Shown: positions 14,401 through 44,520, counted from the stretch's first letter. The stretch is DNA of 64,000 nt from Phoronis australis (GCA_002633005.1 NMRA01000114.1:398835-462834), one strand, 5' to 3'. The notes: generated by a model not told the origin, from the sequence alone. Numbers and translations are program-made.

Positions 14401-17400
14401 AATACGGCAGAAAAATGAACTTCAATTTTTTTCATAAAGTTTACATAGCATCCAATTAATGCTGTACCATGTTCAAGTTGTGTAGTGTGCCATGGCTACC
14501 ATACAAGAAAATACTCTGAAGAAATAATGAACGTTCATTTTTGCATAAAAGCTATGTAGCATCCAATTAATGCTTTACCATGTTCAAGTTGTGTAGTGTG
14601 CCATGGCTACCATACAAGAAAATACTCTGAAGAAATAATGAACGTTCATTTTTGCATAAAAGCTATGTAGCATCCAATTAATGCTTTACCATGTTCAAGT
14701 TGTGTAGAGTATTGATCACAGTTACCATATAAGAAAATACTCTGAAAAATGTGAATACTCACAACTATGTAAAAAAAATTGAAAAACGAAGAACAGGGCA
14801 ACATTGGCAATTGTTTTAGTCCAAAACTGACAAGATTTTTGATAAGCTTCACAGGGCCTACAGAAAGCAGCCCTGGCTTTTTGCTTCACCAATCTAACAG
14901 CATTACATAATCCTTAATTCACTTCAGGTCCATGACCCTGCCAAATGTCTGTCTAGACAGACCAGCATAAGCAAACCTCAAACAATATATGGAAGACAAA
15001 GAAGAATTCTTTCCTAGCAGCCTCTGTTGCTTTGGGTTACAGCGGAGAAAAGGCAGATTATTGAAACTAACTTCAGGGATTTTGGCCAGATGTACCATAA
15101 TTAAGAAATGGGTGTAAAATAAAAGGAAACAAAGTTACCTGTAGGCTTGCTGCTAAGAAAAACACACCAGTTGAGAACAAGTTCCATATTGTATACATAT
15201 TATTCATGGTGACTGGTGCTCAAGGGAGGTAGCTGTGCAGCAGGGTTAAACAGCTTTACATAAAGATTTACGTAAATGTGAATATATGAGCAGACCGGAC
15301 CCTCAATCAGGTGCCTGTGCCTGTGGACTTTGCAGAAATGATTAGGGAAATTTTTTAATCACCGAAGGCAACTTTTGGGCCTGACAACAGGAATTGCGTT
15401 CGACTTTAAAATAGGACCAATATTCAGGTCCAAAATCGAGAAACATTCATTCCTTGTTCTCATTTGTCTCATTATCAACAAATGTTTGCCTATTAATCTG
15501 CCAAACCAAGTAACATTTCTTGATTAGACAAATACATTTGAGCTAGTGGCAAGCCTTGTCAATTCCCTTTTAGAAGACACAGGCACTGTTCCCTTAGGTG
15601 AGTGAGGGCCCTGCCGTTTAAAACGATGATTTTCCAGCACAGTTTCGAGTTAACTACGGAACGACCTCATAACACGAACCCATTTATTGCACATCTTTTA
15701 ACGCATACCATGGGTGTTATCCAGCTAACTAGGATACTAACTTCTGCTTGTAACTCAACCAGTGGAATACCTATGCAGTCATTGATAGATTTTAACTGGT
15801 CACCTCCTCAGGCACCTATCAGAAATCAGATATGTGGCAAGATAATCGACCAGCTATCTAAAACTCATGGAGCTGTACACTTTAACTACTGCGTTTATAG
15901 CTTCCCCATTGATTTGTTTACTGTCTGAGTTAAATGGTCAGATTTTTCATGGCACAGTCCACAACAAACCCAATAATCAGACTGGTAAAAGAGGAGTCTT
16001 ACCACAGAGACTACAGTGCGTGTCCATGTTATTGCCCTGAGCCTTCCAAATGAAAAGATCCAACATCTTGACAGCTAAGGGATGGACGTTTGTCTGAAGT
16101 GGCGACTTGACTAAACAGCCAGTCACTTCAAATGAAATCATAACACCTGAATATACTGTTAGCTTGTCACACCTGTGGAAGCTGAAATGCGTTGTCATGG
16201 GCACTTTCAAGGAAATAAGTCCAGACTGAACAAAATGTGGGGTGATGTACACTGTAATTCATTACTTGTTCAACCTGACCTAATAATGCAAGCACCTGAA
16301 CTTTTCAAAATTTTAGGTCAATCACATAAAGTACCATTCGCCCCACGAATTGAAAAATAAACAAAGCTGAATTGTATATCTTTCCGCTGTACATTCTCAT
16401 CACCCAAAGTGTGTACCACAACTCAAATGAATAACCGCCAATTTTACATCGCATACTAGTTTGTAACTTAAGTAATTTATCATTTAGACTACAAATCAAC
16501 ATGCGTAAGAGGAATATCCAAAAATTGAATAGTAACCTGTACGATGCTATCATTGAAGCGCAGTCTCTCCACGTACTCCCACAGAGGAGTTATATAGGTG
16601 AAGTACCACTCAAAAGGGTCACTTCTTCACCCACTAGTTTCCATACAAAAGAAAGTCTCTTCCGCCAAAATTCCAAATGAAAGGCTGCCTTTTCCAACAC
16701 AATTCCACACAGAACGGTTTACTTCAGAATCTCGAAACTCCACAAAACATTCCTTTCCCAACTACCCAAATCTACACTTTCGACATTATAGATTTATCAT
16801 TTGTTAAAATTTGGTTGCAAAGATGTCCTCATTTTGACAACAACGCACTCTCTCTTATGAATTATACTGTTTTAGGCTGAAAAAGTCATCAGTCGAAGAA
16901 TCTAATACTAGATTCACATTAGTGAGAACGCTAGCAGTTTTAGCCTGACATTTGTGTTGTTTACAGGTTTTCAAACCACAATACAGGGGCCATATTGCTC
17001 AGCAATTCAGCATCTGGCCACAAAGCAAAAAAAAGGTCCCTTTCTAAAATAACTTTTTCAACAACAAATGATAGAAAAAAATCTGCCCTTTTCCCTGCGC
17101 ATTTTGAAATTTTGAAGTATGTGGCCGGGCAACTGTTGAAAAGACATAGTTAGACGCCAGCAGAACCTCGCAACTGTTCATGTAACCAGTTGATGTTTTC
17201 ACTGCTAGCCAATGTGCCAGTAAAACCATAATGTTTTGGCATAACCTGTTTACATTTCACTGCCTGAAATACACATTCATGCAGAGCAATGAAACATTTT
17301 CAACCATTCCTCTCAGAGAATGGTCAGTTGAGGGCAATCTTCATTAGTCTTAAGCAATATAAACACAATCATAATACAATCAACTGATGTCATGGACATA

Positions 17401-17747
17401 ACATAAATGTTGAAAACACAGGAAAGCATATTAGTGTAAATCAGTCAGTCACTGCAGACTACTTCTGATGGATGTGAGCTCCTCTCATCCTTTTAGTTCA
17501 TAGCTGTCATACACTTAAAGAAAGGGACTACCACCTCATTTCGCACCCCTGTCAATAAAGTGTTCCGTTAATCATGCAAAGTTCTTACTGTTGCAACAAC
17601 GCGATGCGCTCCCTTTTTTTCTTCGATCACCAGTGTATAATGAATGTTATTGGCTACTGCCTGACCTTGACCTTCCATAATGATCATTCCCTGACTGTGA
17701 AATTTGATTAAAGTAAAAGAGTCATGCACACACAAACACAAACACAA

Positions 17748-17787
<40 letters not shown>

Positions 17788-18607
17788 TTAACCTAGAACA
17801 ACTTGCACAAGTGCAATTTGACAAAATTTAAGTGGAGCGTCCACACACTTGGGCCACTTAACCAACGGCTGTTCTAAAACAAAAGTTTGATTGCAGAGGT
17901 ATTTTTTCGACCCGGAAAGACTTAAAGACATCAACGGAGAACACTCTATGTGCAAAAGGTACTTATAGCAATATGATGGCTTAATCAATGAGAGGCATAA
18001 TTCGTTAAAAAGCTCCTGGCGTATGGAGAGCCCATGGGATGGCCACCAGCTCTACTGGGGGCAGTTGAGAAGGTGATACCGCCTAGGGCTAGGGTTAGTT
18101 TACCAACAAGGACAGTAGGAGTAAGTCTGGGTTAGGCCTAGATCTTTTCCAGGAAGTAGGCTAATTATGAATAATGACGTTTTGGTGTTTTCACATGATT
18201 TTTGTCATGAAAATGTCAAGTTCTTGTGAAAAAAGGAACCTCAAGTAACTCATAAAAATGTAGCAGACGAAAAAGGGACGATCTGTATAAGAAGTACATA
18301 CGGAAAAAGGGGATAAATTGCCGAGATCCAGCAAGCGGCCATATTGTTTTTATGCACCTTTTGTTTTGATCCTCCAGTGTCATTAGGTGCAAGCTAGAAC
18401 GTTGGCCAAAAATTAGTGCCTTGTCTCTCGTTTGTATTATAAATTCAATAACAGTCGATGTCTGGAGCGTTCACCAGCCATTCTGGTAAAAATACTGGTT
18501 TACACCGGCCACCGAAAGCAACCATGAAAAGCCTCAAGTCTGACGTCAAGGGAAATCCGCCAAAATGGCTCAACTGACAAAATATCAACAAAGCTTACCA
18601 TGGTCAT
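2492..18607 (-). CDS. NFI: Nuclear factor I (NFI/CTF) transcription factor, 5' part (DNA-binding/dimerisation domain); gene continues beyond the left edge
   Basis: Exons (minus): 18607-18599 (ATG ACC ATG|GTAAGC), 4057-3902 ([30 protein letters not shown]..), 3319-3128 ([46 protein letters not shown]), 2675-2492 ([49 protein letters not shown]). All junctions are GT-AG with consistent phases, and the peptides are the hallmark NFI DBD. The tiny first coding exon is inferred and less certain. Confidence 0.95.
4019..4890 (-). repeat. 90-bp tandem array derived from the NFI exon-2 acceptor and first 13 codons
   Basis: Near-identical acceptor/exon starts at 4057 (real), 4147, 4237, 4327, 4417 and 4507, then about four degenerate copies to ~4890. 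Confidence 0.95.
5379..5460. repeat. 12-bp minisatellite (CACTAYATTGTG) x~7
   Basis: Read directly from the sequence. Confidence 0.9.
8770..9150. mobile_element. Interspersed repeat (MITE-like), second partial copy at ~17791-17850
   Basis: cctagaacaacttgcac..agtgcaa..tttaagtggagcgtccacac occurs at both loci, with internal inverted motifs. Confidence 0.55.
14446..14770. repeat. 111-bp tandem repeat, ~3 copies, inside an interspersed DNA-element family
   Basis: tagcatccaattaatgc recurs at ~14446, 14557 and 14668. The flanking ctcaccaa(c/t)ttaggaca motif is shared with ~13225 and ~38140, and in reverse with ~13470 and ~54915. Confidence 0.75.
17727..17787. repeat. (CA)n microsatellite
   Basis: Read directly; other (CA)n tracts at 57099-57170 and 57625-57660. 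Confidence 0.9.
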
Positions 18608-19020
18608 GTTTCGTTCACTTCCCGCCAAAGTTCGTGCGCTTTCATCGCCCAAATATTTTCCAAAGTGAGTCTCCGTCCTCTGTGGTTGCAGTAGACTTCA
18701 ATTTATTAACGAAACGTTCTTCGTGATCATACAATATACGCAAAAACAGCTGATTTCGAAGCGCACTTTCGGACAAGTTTCCCTTTGCATATGGCGTATG
18801 TAGTATATTTCTGTTGCAACATCTTTTGTGTTCAACATCCAAGCTGGCAATCTGGGCAAGTTCTGGCCAATGGCGTTGCCGTATTTCATGAATCATGCTC
18901 CGAATATGGTGAAAAGGGCGTGGTTGAAGTACGTGACGTCATCAAAATATTTATACTCGTGACCGCTGGAAAAGGATGATTGATGAAAGGCGAATGACCT
19001 GAGAAGTCCCGGAAAAGTGA
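18530..19020 (-). promoter_or_regulatory. Probable NFI promoter / first-exon region
   Basis: CpG-richer region around the inferred first exon, with CRE palindromes TGACGTCA (18541-18548, ~18935), CCAAT (~18867), GC-box-like GGGCGTGG (~18916) and YY1-like AAAATGGC (~18562). Confidence 0.5.
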
Positions 19021-20855
19021 AGTTGTTGAATAATCGCTATCACCGTCGCCTCTCCTGAGGGCAAATTAAAACATTAACTGTCAGTAGATGTTCTAAACAT
19101 AATCAGAGCTATGTCCAATTTCTTTGTTGAACAGTTCCTGTGGGGGATTTCAGGTCAGTGCAAGCCTGTATTCCCGAACGACAATTATGCAGATCAAACA
19201 GGCCGAAAGACTCGCAAGGCGTGGATGAACAATTAGAAGGGTCTAACAATGGGCACACATGTCGCATGGGGCACATTTATTTGTCTTGGTTGTAACAGCA
19301 TTGGGAGATCAGGTTTCCTCGTGACCGCCTCTCTGCCGGTTTCGTGCCCGCACAGGCCCTCGCTTTGACCTCGTGTTGACCATCGACCACACAAAACAGT
19401 TACTACAAGCGCATCAGTTCGGTGCTAAATTTTTGCCAACAGAGAAAACTGAGAGAAAAAAAAATCTGGTGGAGATAGGCAGAGAATTTCACTTACTCAA
19501 ATACTGTGTGTTTGTTGTGAAAAAAGAGGGAACTCGAAGTGTTCGGAGTTTATAAGGTATTGGCGGCATGCAAGCCGTGATCCTGTCACTAAAACATATA
19601 TCTCTAAGTCAGTGTGCTCAGTACGGTCATTCCTTTTTAATTCTGAACTTCTAATGCTCGCTACTAAGAACTCGCTACTAAGATCTCGCTACTAAGAGGC
19701 TTATAGTGAGAGATGCAATTAATGTACCATCCCCTACCTGGCTGGGCCCAGGCGCCGAGTTCAAGACTTTTTTTATTTCATTTTGATGCGAAAATGACAT
19801 GTACAATATTAATGGAAATCAGTTAATCGGTCTCACTACAGTAATGCTGAATGAGGCACTTTCAATCTAGCGTTAGTTTTTCAAAATAAATGGAGGTTTT
19901 AAAAATCCCGAATGTTAAGTAAATTTGTTTTTCCACAAACTTTGTAGTTGACAAATGGCCGACAATCATCGATGACGTCGAACTCGTTCCTGAATATTTT
20001 CAATCCCGGTCGTAATTTTAGTAACTCATACTTAGAAAAAAAAAGTAAAACAAAACTGTCATACCTGCGGTACCATGGGCCGCGCAGCACTGAAAAAAGT
20101 AGGGGGCTATAACACCCCCCCCCCCCGTCCCTCCCAGCCCCCTATGGTGCGCCGCCGTGATTGCACGGTATTTTATGGTATTTTACGGTATTGAAGAAAA
20201 TGTACTTGTTCTAACATATCCTTCTGTATTTTCGAAAATGAAAGCGGTGGCTTGCCTTGAAGTTCTACCAAAGTGACATTCAATCCGTGTTATACGTTAG
20301 AAAAACAAGTTTTAATTCAGGCTACTTACCGTCATAAAAGTGATCTTATCTTGCTTCTTTATCAGGTTGCTAGAAGTGACCTCTGACATCGGGCAGAAAT
20401 GACTTGTTCCCTATTTCTCTAGACCAAACTGATAAATTTCATGATGTGACCTTAAATTTCGTGAGCTCGGTATGAAGAAATAACGACCTACCAGACACTC
20501 TTTCGTCGTTACTTATTTGGCTAAGAATCAACTTCAGAACCATTTTGTAACAGTATAAGTGCTTTAAAACAGAGCTTTTGACAGAAAGCACGGGTTTAAT
20601 CATAGATTAATCTCATGGTTTGATGATGATTTAAAGTTCGTCCTTACGAACCTTCAGTCAAGCATTACTTATGATTCATGTCAACTCCTCTGTTCAAACT
20701 GTTCTGTATTTGGTCTTTACTCACGTTAGATGTGTTGAAACAAGTGAGGTTTGCTTAACGCAGCGCTATCATTTTGCGGTGTATGATGATAACGTTGAAT
20801 GACCTGAAACTGCTTCTCATTTGAGTAAGGAACAAGTTGACGGACCAGGTTTATG

Positions 20856-21085
20856 ACAGGGGCACCATAAAATCGTACGTACGAACCCCCCGGAACGCTT
20901 AAGTGTTTGTGCGTGTGGTTCGATGCTCGTGGGCATGATTTTGTGTTGGTGTGTATGATTTTATGGTTCGTGCGCATGATTTTTGTTTGTATGCGTGATT
21001 TTGGGGTTCGTGTGCATGTTTCACAGGTTTGTATGCATGGTTCATAGGGTCGTGCGTATGATGCGATGCCTTATGATACCCCTGC
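20856..21085. mobile_element. Degenerate MITE with internal ~21-bp repeats
   Basis: Imperfect TIRs caggggcaccataa / ttatgatacccctg enclose (ggttcgtgygcatgatttt)-like units. A similar architecture occurs at ~6549-6770. Confidence 0.5.
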
Positions 21086-24000
21086 ATGACAGGCGCTCCC
21101 GGCAAAGTCTGACTTTTAAAAGAAGACGTATTCGCAATAAAGGAGGTTCGATTGTTCTGGCCATGAACAAGCTGTGGTGAAAAAGTTCTGTGTCATACTT
21201 GTGCTGGGCCGTAAAGTGGTTGAATAAAATGCCAATATTCGACATTTCCTGTTATCTGAAAAACAAGTCAACTGTGACAGTCTCTCACCTTGTGCTTTGC
21301 ACAACGAAGCTTGGGAACCCTGGAATAGCACCCTCATGTTACCGATAAAACAGTTTTCTGCTTCTGACTTCATGCAGTATCAGTTACGTTTTGGGATACC
21401 CTGTACTTATAAACTCAAAAAGTCTGTTGGAAACTCACGATTTTTTGTACACCGTGACAACCTAGTCTAATTGTTTAGAAGAATAAACAGAATTACGATA
21501 AAAGAAAGAACCACTAGCTTGTGGAACGCGCACGGGTGGACTACTGATGATTCAACAGAGCGAACCTGCACGTTTGCGGGTTACCAGTCAAACACCGGAA
21601 ACTCTTTAGGCACGGGTCCCAGCCGTTTGTGGTGCAACACACGTGCTTGGGACACCGATAAGGACAGATTGCACAGCTGGGTCCAGTGGACCCGCAACAG
21701 GTGCGACACTATAGGTCGAATTTGAGGGAGCACATTGTGGACAGACATTGACAACTGTAGGTTATGTAGGACACTAGAAAAACGCCCAGATTAGTGGTGC
21801 CGAGGCTAAACTCGCCCGCCAACATCGTACCTCAGAAATGGGTGATCGGATAAACAAAAAATACTGTACTTAATTGACTGTACTTTCAAAATGTGAGGAA
21901 TTGTTTTTATAGATCACTCGTTCCATTTTTTTGCACGAGGAGTTGTCAAAAATAGGTATTTTATGATGTTTACGAAACAATCAGAAGTTGAATTAAACGA
22001 AAACGAAACGATTATTTAGAAAACTGTAACATCATTTTTGAGTTTTCATCTTGAATGTTTATATTTAATAAACTTTTGGTCATGTTATAGATACCATTGT
22101 TTGACATCAATGTCATTCCTTTCCCTTTTTGCTAAATTTTACTAAAAAGACAGTCACATGACTCAGTCAACGAAAGATTGGTAAAAATCAAAAATGAAAA
22201 TTTACAGGCTTCCTACTTTCAGGAAATATATACTTTTACTGAGTTAATATCTATAGTTTTGTAGATAGTTAGCTAAGTACACCAACTTGCCCATAAGGTC
22301 CATGCAGCGCTAATTAAAAGGATGCCAAACCCGGTTTTGGTCCATCAACATACATTAAAAACGACTTTCCAATCCAATTCCCTGAAATAATATCATGCTC
22401 TATAACCTCGACAACCTTCATAAGCTTGGAGGGGAAATTTGAAAACTCCTTTCGAAGTCTGCTAGAGGGGCGTGACCTATGCTAAAAAGCCAACTACAGG
22501 ACAACGTTGTGGCCGGGAAAAGACCACCCACCACGAACCAATCTCCAATTTGTGAAGTGAGTTTTTGGTCGATTCCTGTTACTATCTTTCAAGATTGATA
22601 TCAATGATCTATTAGCACGAGACTGAACGAGGATTGGTTGAAATCATCAAAACAGGATTTAATATCCCTTTAACTAAGTCATGTATGCCCAAGTCACACT
22701 TATATCTAGTTTGCACCTCCTTAGTTACCCCCAAGATAGATCTGTGGTATTGACACAAATAAATTTTGTATTATGTCACATTTGTTTGAAAGATCACACC
22801 CTGTGGTAGGGTGTTATAGTGTGATATCTGTTGTGACCAAAGTCAGCTGCATCATGCGGAAGGAAAGACCTTTGCCAAAGCCTACTAAGGTATAGTTAAA
22901 GCACTTCCCAACAGATGTCACCCTATAAAAAACATGTTCAACATAACCCACCATTTTGCCAAGGGCTTTTACATTACTGTTCGTGAATTTGGAGATGCAA
23001 GAGAAATAAGTACTGTGGCATGTCCATATTCTGGAGCACTCATCAGCTGAGGGGGTTGTCTCGTGATAAAGACCAGTTGGATAGTGTTAGCCCTCAAACT
23101 GAACCCACCCTCCTCCTTGTATTGACAGAATCCAATGGAAGCTCCGTGAATCCCATTCAATTCCAGAAGATCTGTCATTAACGAGTATGAATAAACCAAT
23201 GATGCATATTACCAGAGATTTATTGAGAAGTATGCCAAACATTTTTTTTCCAACACCAGGCTCACATTGCAAGTATCACAACCCTAATATCATTTGTTAG
23301 GATGAACCTGGTGAAAACCAAAAACATTGAATATGAATACAGAATAGTACTGAACTGATTGAACTGAACAAACATTGTAGTATTAGGATATCATCACGTT
23401 AGCAAGCTGCAAGCTTTAATCTTATACATCATAATTTATTAAGAAGGTTAATAAAACACAAAATACAATCTGTACGACTATACTGCCAGCCCAGCTATAA
23501 ATGTAAAAAAAATTAAACACAAATAGCTGAATTAACCTACAAATGAAATTACATTTGTCAATTATTGATTCTAAAAAGGAAAATCTGTCAAAGTAAAACA
23601 ACAAACAATGCTTCTATCTATTCAACTGAGATAAGGCAATCATTGATCTAAAGGTCACACAGTTGAGAGCAAAGAGATTGCACAATGCAAATTCAATGTT
23701 AAATATCCCCAAAGAACTCTCCGTGGGAAAGCACAATGCAAAATCTAATAAACTCAATTTGCTAAGCATTTTTGTTCAGCAAAATAATTGCAAAACTGAT
23801 ATTTTGGATTTTGAAATTATTGTGGCTGAATACAATTTATGAAAACATTGTCTGATGGAAGCTATGTACATGACTTAAAAGTTTACCAAGTAATTTCTTG
23901 AGTGATACTTATCTTCTACAAAAGAAAAATAAATTTCATGTCACTGTTTGAGTCTGATTGTAACCAATGATGAACTGTCAGTTCTGTTTATGGGCAGAAA

Positions 24001-24804
24001 TCACAACTTGAGTCAAATTTATCAAGGTTTAAACCAACACTAAATGTTTTGGGCAGAAAGCAGTCATTACTTTACAGCGACTCCAATAGCACTGTTTTTC
24101 ACAATCATAATCAAATTTCCACAAATTGTCAAAACACACAAGATAAACACTCTGCCATTTTAATTCCTTAGGACCACACAGCGAAATGCGATCGACACAA
24201 TTGTCGTTAACCAACAATATCTCTGTGATTGGCTGCTATCCATTCTACATCAACCAGCAACAGTTGACAGGTGTAATTTAATATACTGTCAAGGGGTGAA
24301 CATGGCATGACCCCACATAAACGCGCCATCCCTTCCTGGAACTGTTTTAACCAAAAACAGGGTTCGTGGATAAATGATAAGCAAATTATGACAAGGTCGC
24401 GATTTTATTGCGATGAGTGCGTGGAGTCACCGTACACGCGAGCACCTTGATTTAAAACATAAAATCGCTTCCAGGTTCTTCCAAAACATAAGATTTTACT
24501 TTCCCCGTTTACTGATTAATAGATAAAATAACTGTATAGTTATTAAATTAAAGCTGTTAATAAACGCTAACTTTCATACAACAAACCTGGCATAAGTTAG
24601 ATCCAACCGGACCAAAAGATTTCAACCGAGTATGATGAAATCTGATTTATCCAAAGTCCCGAGTGCACAAACTGGAACAATTGTACTGTCGAACTTGTGT
24701 GAGTTTTACTGTATGTGGATATCGCACAGTTCGTTATTTCCACAGTTTACCACATTGTTCTTGAAAGACCCAAACCATGTTTTGTTCCACAGGGGCTTAG
24801 GGCT

Positions 24805-25202
24805 CAGTGGCCGGTTGCATGAAACAGTCCCAAATAGGGACTCAACTAAGGTCCCTAAGTCTTTTTGTGTATTTGAGTCTTTAAGGGCTCATAGGTGCCA
24901 TACTTTTCAATGATGTCATTTTGATTATGAGCTCCTCTTTGATTAATGACATTTTCTAATATGATAATTAAAAACTTAGCCATGGGATCATTGAAAATGA
25001 ATAGGCACTCCGTCCATAAATTGGGTGTTTTGCATGAAAAGATCCCTACTTATTTTTGATTATATTGACAAATCAACATTCACTCTGGATTTGTATCGCA
25101 GTCAAAGGTACACTTAGTAATGAAACTAAAACAACATAAGAAGTAGATTTAGGGAACTTAATCGAGTCCCTATTTGGGCCTGTTTCATGCAACCGAGCAC
25201 TG
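24805..25202. mobile_element. MITE with ~45-bp terminal inverted repeats
   Basis: cagtggccggttgcatgaaacagtcccaaatagggactc ... gagtccctatttgggcctgtttcatgcaaccgagcactg, with a non-coding interior. Confidence 0.8.
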
Positions 25203-26266
25203 AACTTCAAATTTGAACTCTACATACTTGTGATAACAACATGGATACAATGTCGACTGTAATGGGAAATAAAATGCCAAAACATGTTGTATCAACCACA
25301 GGATAATGTTGAAAATACAACAATTGAGCTTGTTATATTCCTTTGTAACGACATTTGCTTTCACAGTAAACAACCTCGTGAAGTAATGGAATTATAACGT
25401 CAATTAGAACATGTATGGAATGATTATGCACAAAAAGTACCCTGTAGATAACGCTCTGCCTACTCCAATAGTTGGCCTTATTTGGAGTTTCTCAACTTTC
25501 ATCTTGACCAATCAGAACAGAGTTCATGCTGCCAACAGTATTTGATAATACCGAATTATCCTGAATGAACATTTTTATCTACATTTATTATAGGTAAAGG
25601 CAAACAATTTTGACGAGATTGAAACTCCTCCATCAAAACTTTCCTCCCACAGTGAAAAGTGGTGCCTGGAAGGAAACATCCCCACCATACATGAAGCGAA
25701 ACTTTTACTCTCAGCAGAATTAGTCAACAGCTGACATCACCATGAACTGGCTTTTCAGTGCATCTAATTAAAATTCATTAGCTCCGCCCTTTATTTTCAC
25801 ATTGTGCCACGAATGGATGATTGCTTTTCATTGAAATTTTTCCTGGCATAAACTTGAGGCATGTTTGACTAGTCAATCTGTAACTTGTTGAATAATCCAG
25901 GGGGTCATTCTGTATGGGCAGCTTTGTGCGAGTTAAGTGTGGTCACGTAAGTGAAAGGCTAGTGTTTTGCAAGAAAGCTGGTGACCTTACGAGCACATAC
26001 ATGCAAAATTGACACAACTTTTTATGTGATTCATAGTCGCCACGAGACTGCTAATTATGGGAGAAAAATGTATGTGTACACCATATTTCAGTACATATGT
26101 CTCACGAGTGTGCAGCATGACTAAATGCACAGTGGCAGTGATGTTACACTAAATACCATTCATCAAAATTCTTTCACGAGCACAAAATCAACCTGATTAT
26201 CATTGCATCTGTGACTTGCTAGGATGAGGTCAAAGGTCAAGGCTCCGGTAGTTCTCTGACATCACG

Positions 26267-42444
<16,178 letters not shown>

Positions 42445-44419
42445 ACTGGTGGTGGCTTACACAACTAGCTCACACGCAGTACTCAACATAGAAACCGTCT
42501 TCAGAGAGAGGCTAGAGTCTGCATGACTACGAAACACGATCCTGAAACAAAAAAGGAAGTTTTTAATGTTAAATGAAACAAAAACTGTGAACACTGAACC
42601 GTGATAATACAAGACATGATGGGCCTGATTCTGTCACCCAGAATCTGACTGTGTCTAAAGTGCAGGTCTTTCAAAGGCGCTGTGTATGCACACACTTGCT
42701 TTCTAAAAAAATCACACTCCTGATTATTGATCTATATCACATTTCACCGTAATAAAATTTGTCTCACTTTGTTCCTTACTCAACTCAGACTGGGGAGTTA
42801 TTCCTGAACTTAGGAAGGATACGTAGGCAGTTCATTACTGTTTGAGATCTGGCTCTAGAAGTCAAGGGTTGGAGTTGACAAATGACAATTTTCTAAGTGC
42901 TGCATCGTTCCACAAATAAATAGGCTTGTGTGATAGAAACATTTTTTTGTGTTGTAAAATTTAACAGAAATAAACATTTTGGCATGAATTAAGTCAAAAT
43001 AATGACAAAAAAGAGACGAAAAAAGAGAAAAATAGAAATTAAATAAGAGAAAATTTCAAGCCCCGAGAAGTTGGTCAGACCCAGCAGATTCTATGAGCTC
43101 TGAAGCTGGTCTCAATCAATATTGAACAATCAGCTGTTCATTGCTTCTCAAGTCCAGATATCACCTCTCGTCTGAGTGAAGAGCAACATGAGAACAGTTT
43201 CCTGGTTCACAATATATATACATATACATATACATATATATATATATTAAGACTACACGCAAATTGAAAGTATTTTAGTTACATCATGATCAGGCATGAT
43301 TTTCTGAAAATTTTCTGGCGTACTTAACTTATCAGGACGTGCAGTTGCCTAAGATCTGGTGGTTATGTAATACGTGTTCGCCTAGGTATTAATACATTGC
43401 CTGTGGATAGCATGCCAAGAATTGTACGATGACATTTGGCTAACCTCAAAATCCAACTGCTGCCTGGTGGTTTGGTAACTGTAATAATTATGTTGCACAC
43501 CGACTCAGCAGAATTAATGAGAAGCAAAATATGGCAACATTATACAAAAGTTCTGGGATGTAAAAGTTTTATTTCTTGTCCGATTTTCAAAGTTCAAAAA
43601 CCTAATCACTTGTATACTTTTCACAAACTATTCAAATATGGTACTTAAAAACTTTCAAAAAAGTACTACAGTTGCCTCCAGTGTATTTATGATGGATCTG
43701 ATTATCTACAGAGAATGATAAAATCAGCAGACTGAGGCAATGTAATTAACCACAACAGCATGGTGTCGTTGCATGAGATATATGCAAACCAGTCGAGTTG
43801 CCCAATCTCAACTGATGAAGTTGTCACAGTAGAATTATTTTCATGACTCAAAGCGATAACCATGCAAGGAACTAGAACAGCTCAACATTTCAAGTTCAAC
43901 ATATTTACTTTTTGATTGAAAAATACATTTTGCTTGTTTGTTTAGTATTTCAAACCTCTGACCACAGATACTAGAACATATCACAAAAATAATAATTGAA
44001 CCAGACTGAGGGCAAGAGTCAGACTCAGAGTGAATATGAAACAGAGACAGTGTTCTTTTTTCATAACTTGGCAACTGACAGCTGTTGATTGGCCAATGCT
44101 GAACTGGATCCAAGCCCATCCAAGGCAAGGCTAAGCCAAGTCAGTCAGCTAACTGTGAGAAGATGAACGATGTCAAAATATATTTAAGCCTATGGCTATG
44201 TATAAAAATATTAGGCCTACAACTTCATTTTGTCTGCCTTTGCGGCTTTGCACCCACCAACTGCCAAAGGCAAAGGGTCAGCTGTACTCTAGACAAAGTT
44301 TTGTTCGCCCGACTACGATTAGTTTAATAGATTGCGGGTTATTTACGTTGAAAACTAAAACAGTGTGTGGTTTGTTTGGCTGAGAGCTTTCGCCTTTTAT
44401 GGAAAATACATATAGTTAC

Positions 44420-44520
44420 CTTGACTCTTGACTTCGAATCGTACAGCAACAAGGAAGTTACGGTACACTTTCCGTATTATCTCGGGTTATCTCCGGCAAA
44501 ACGCCATTTTGCGGGATTGA
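44420..44520 (-). other. Probable non-coding first exon of Syk
   Basis: Donor AAG|GTAACT at 44420/44419 in a CpG-richer patch. A matching acceptor TTTCAG precedes exon start 42541, upstream of the Syk ATG (42444). The TSS position is estimated. Confidence 0.55.

Noticed and set aside
20726-21245. His/Lys-rich ORFs
   Set aside because: They arise from 21-bp internal repeats of a MITE-like element.
21535-21575. Hammerhead ribozyme (CTGATGA...CGAA)
   Set aside because: The core lacks GAAA and I could not find convincing stems I and III.
25438-25460. miR-10-like TACCCTGTAGAT
   Set aside because: Only 12 nt match and there is no precursor hairpin.
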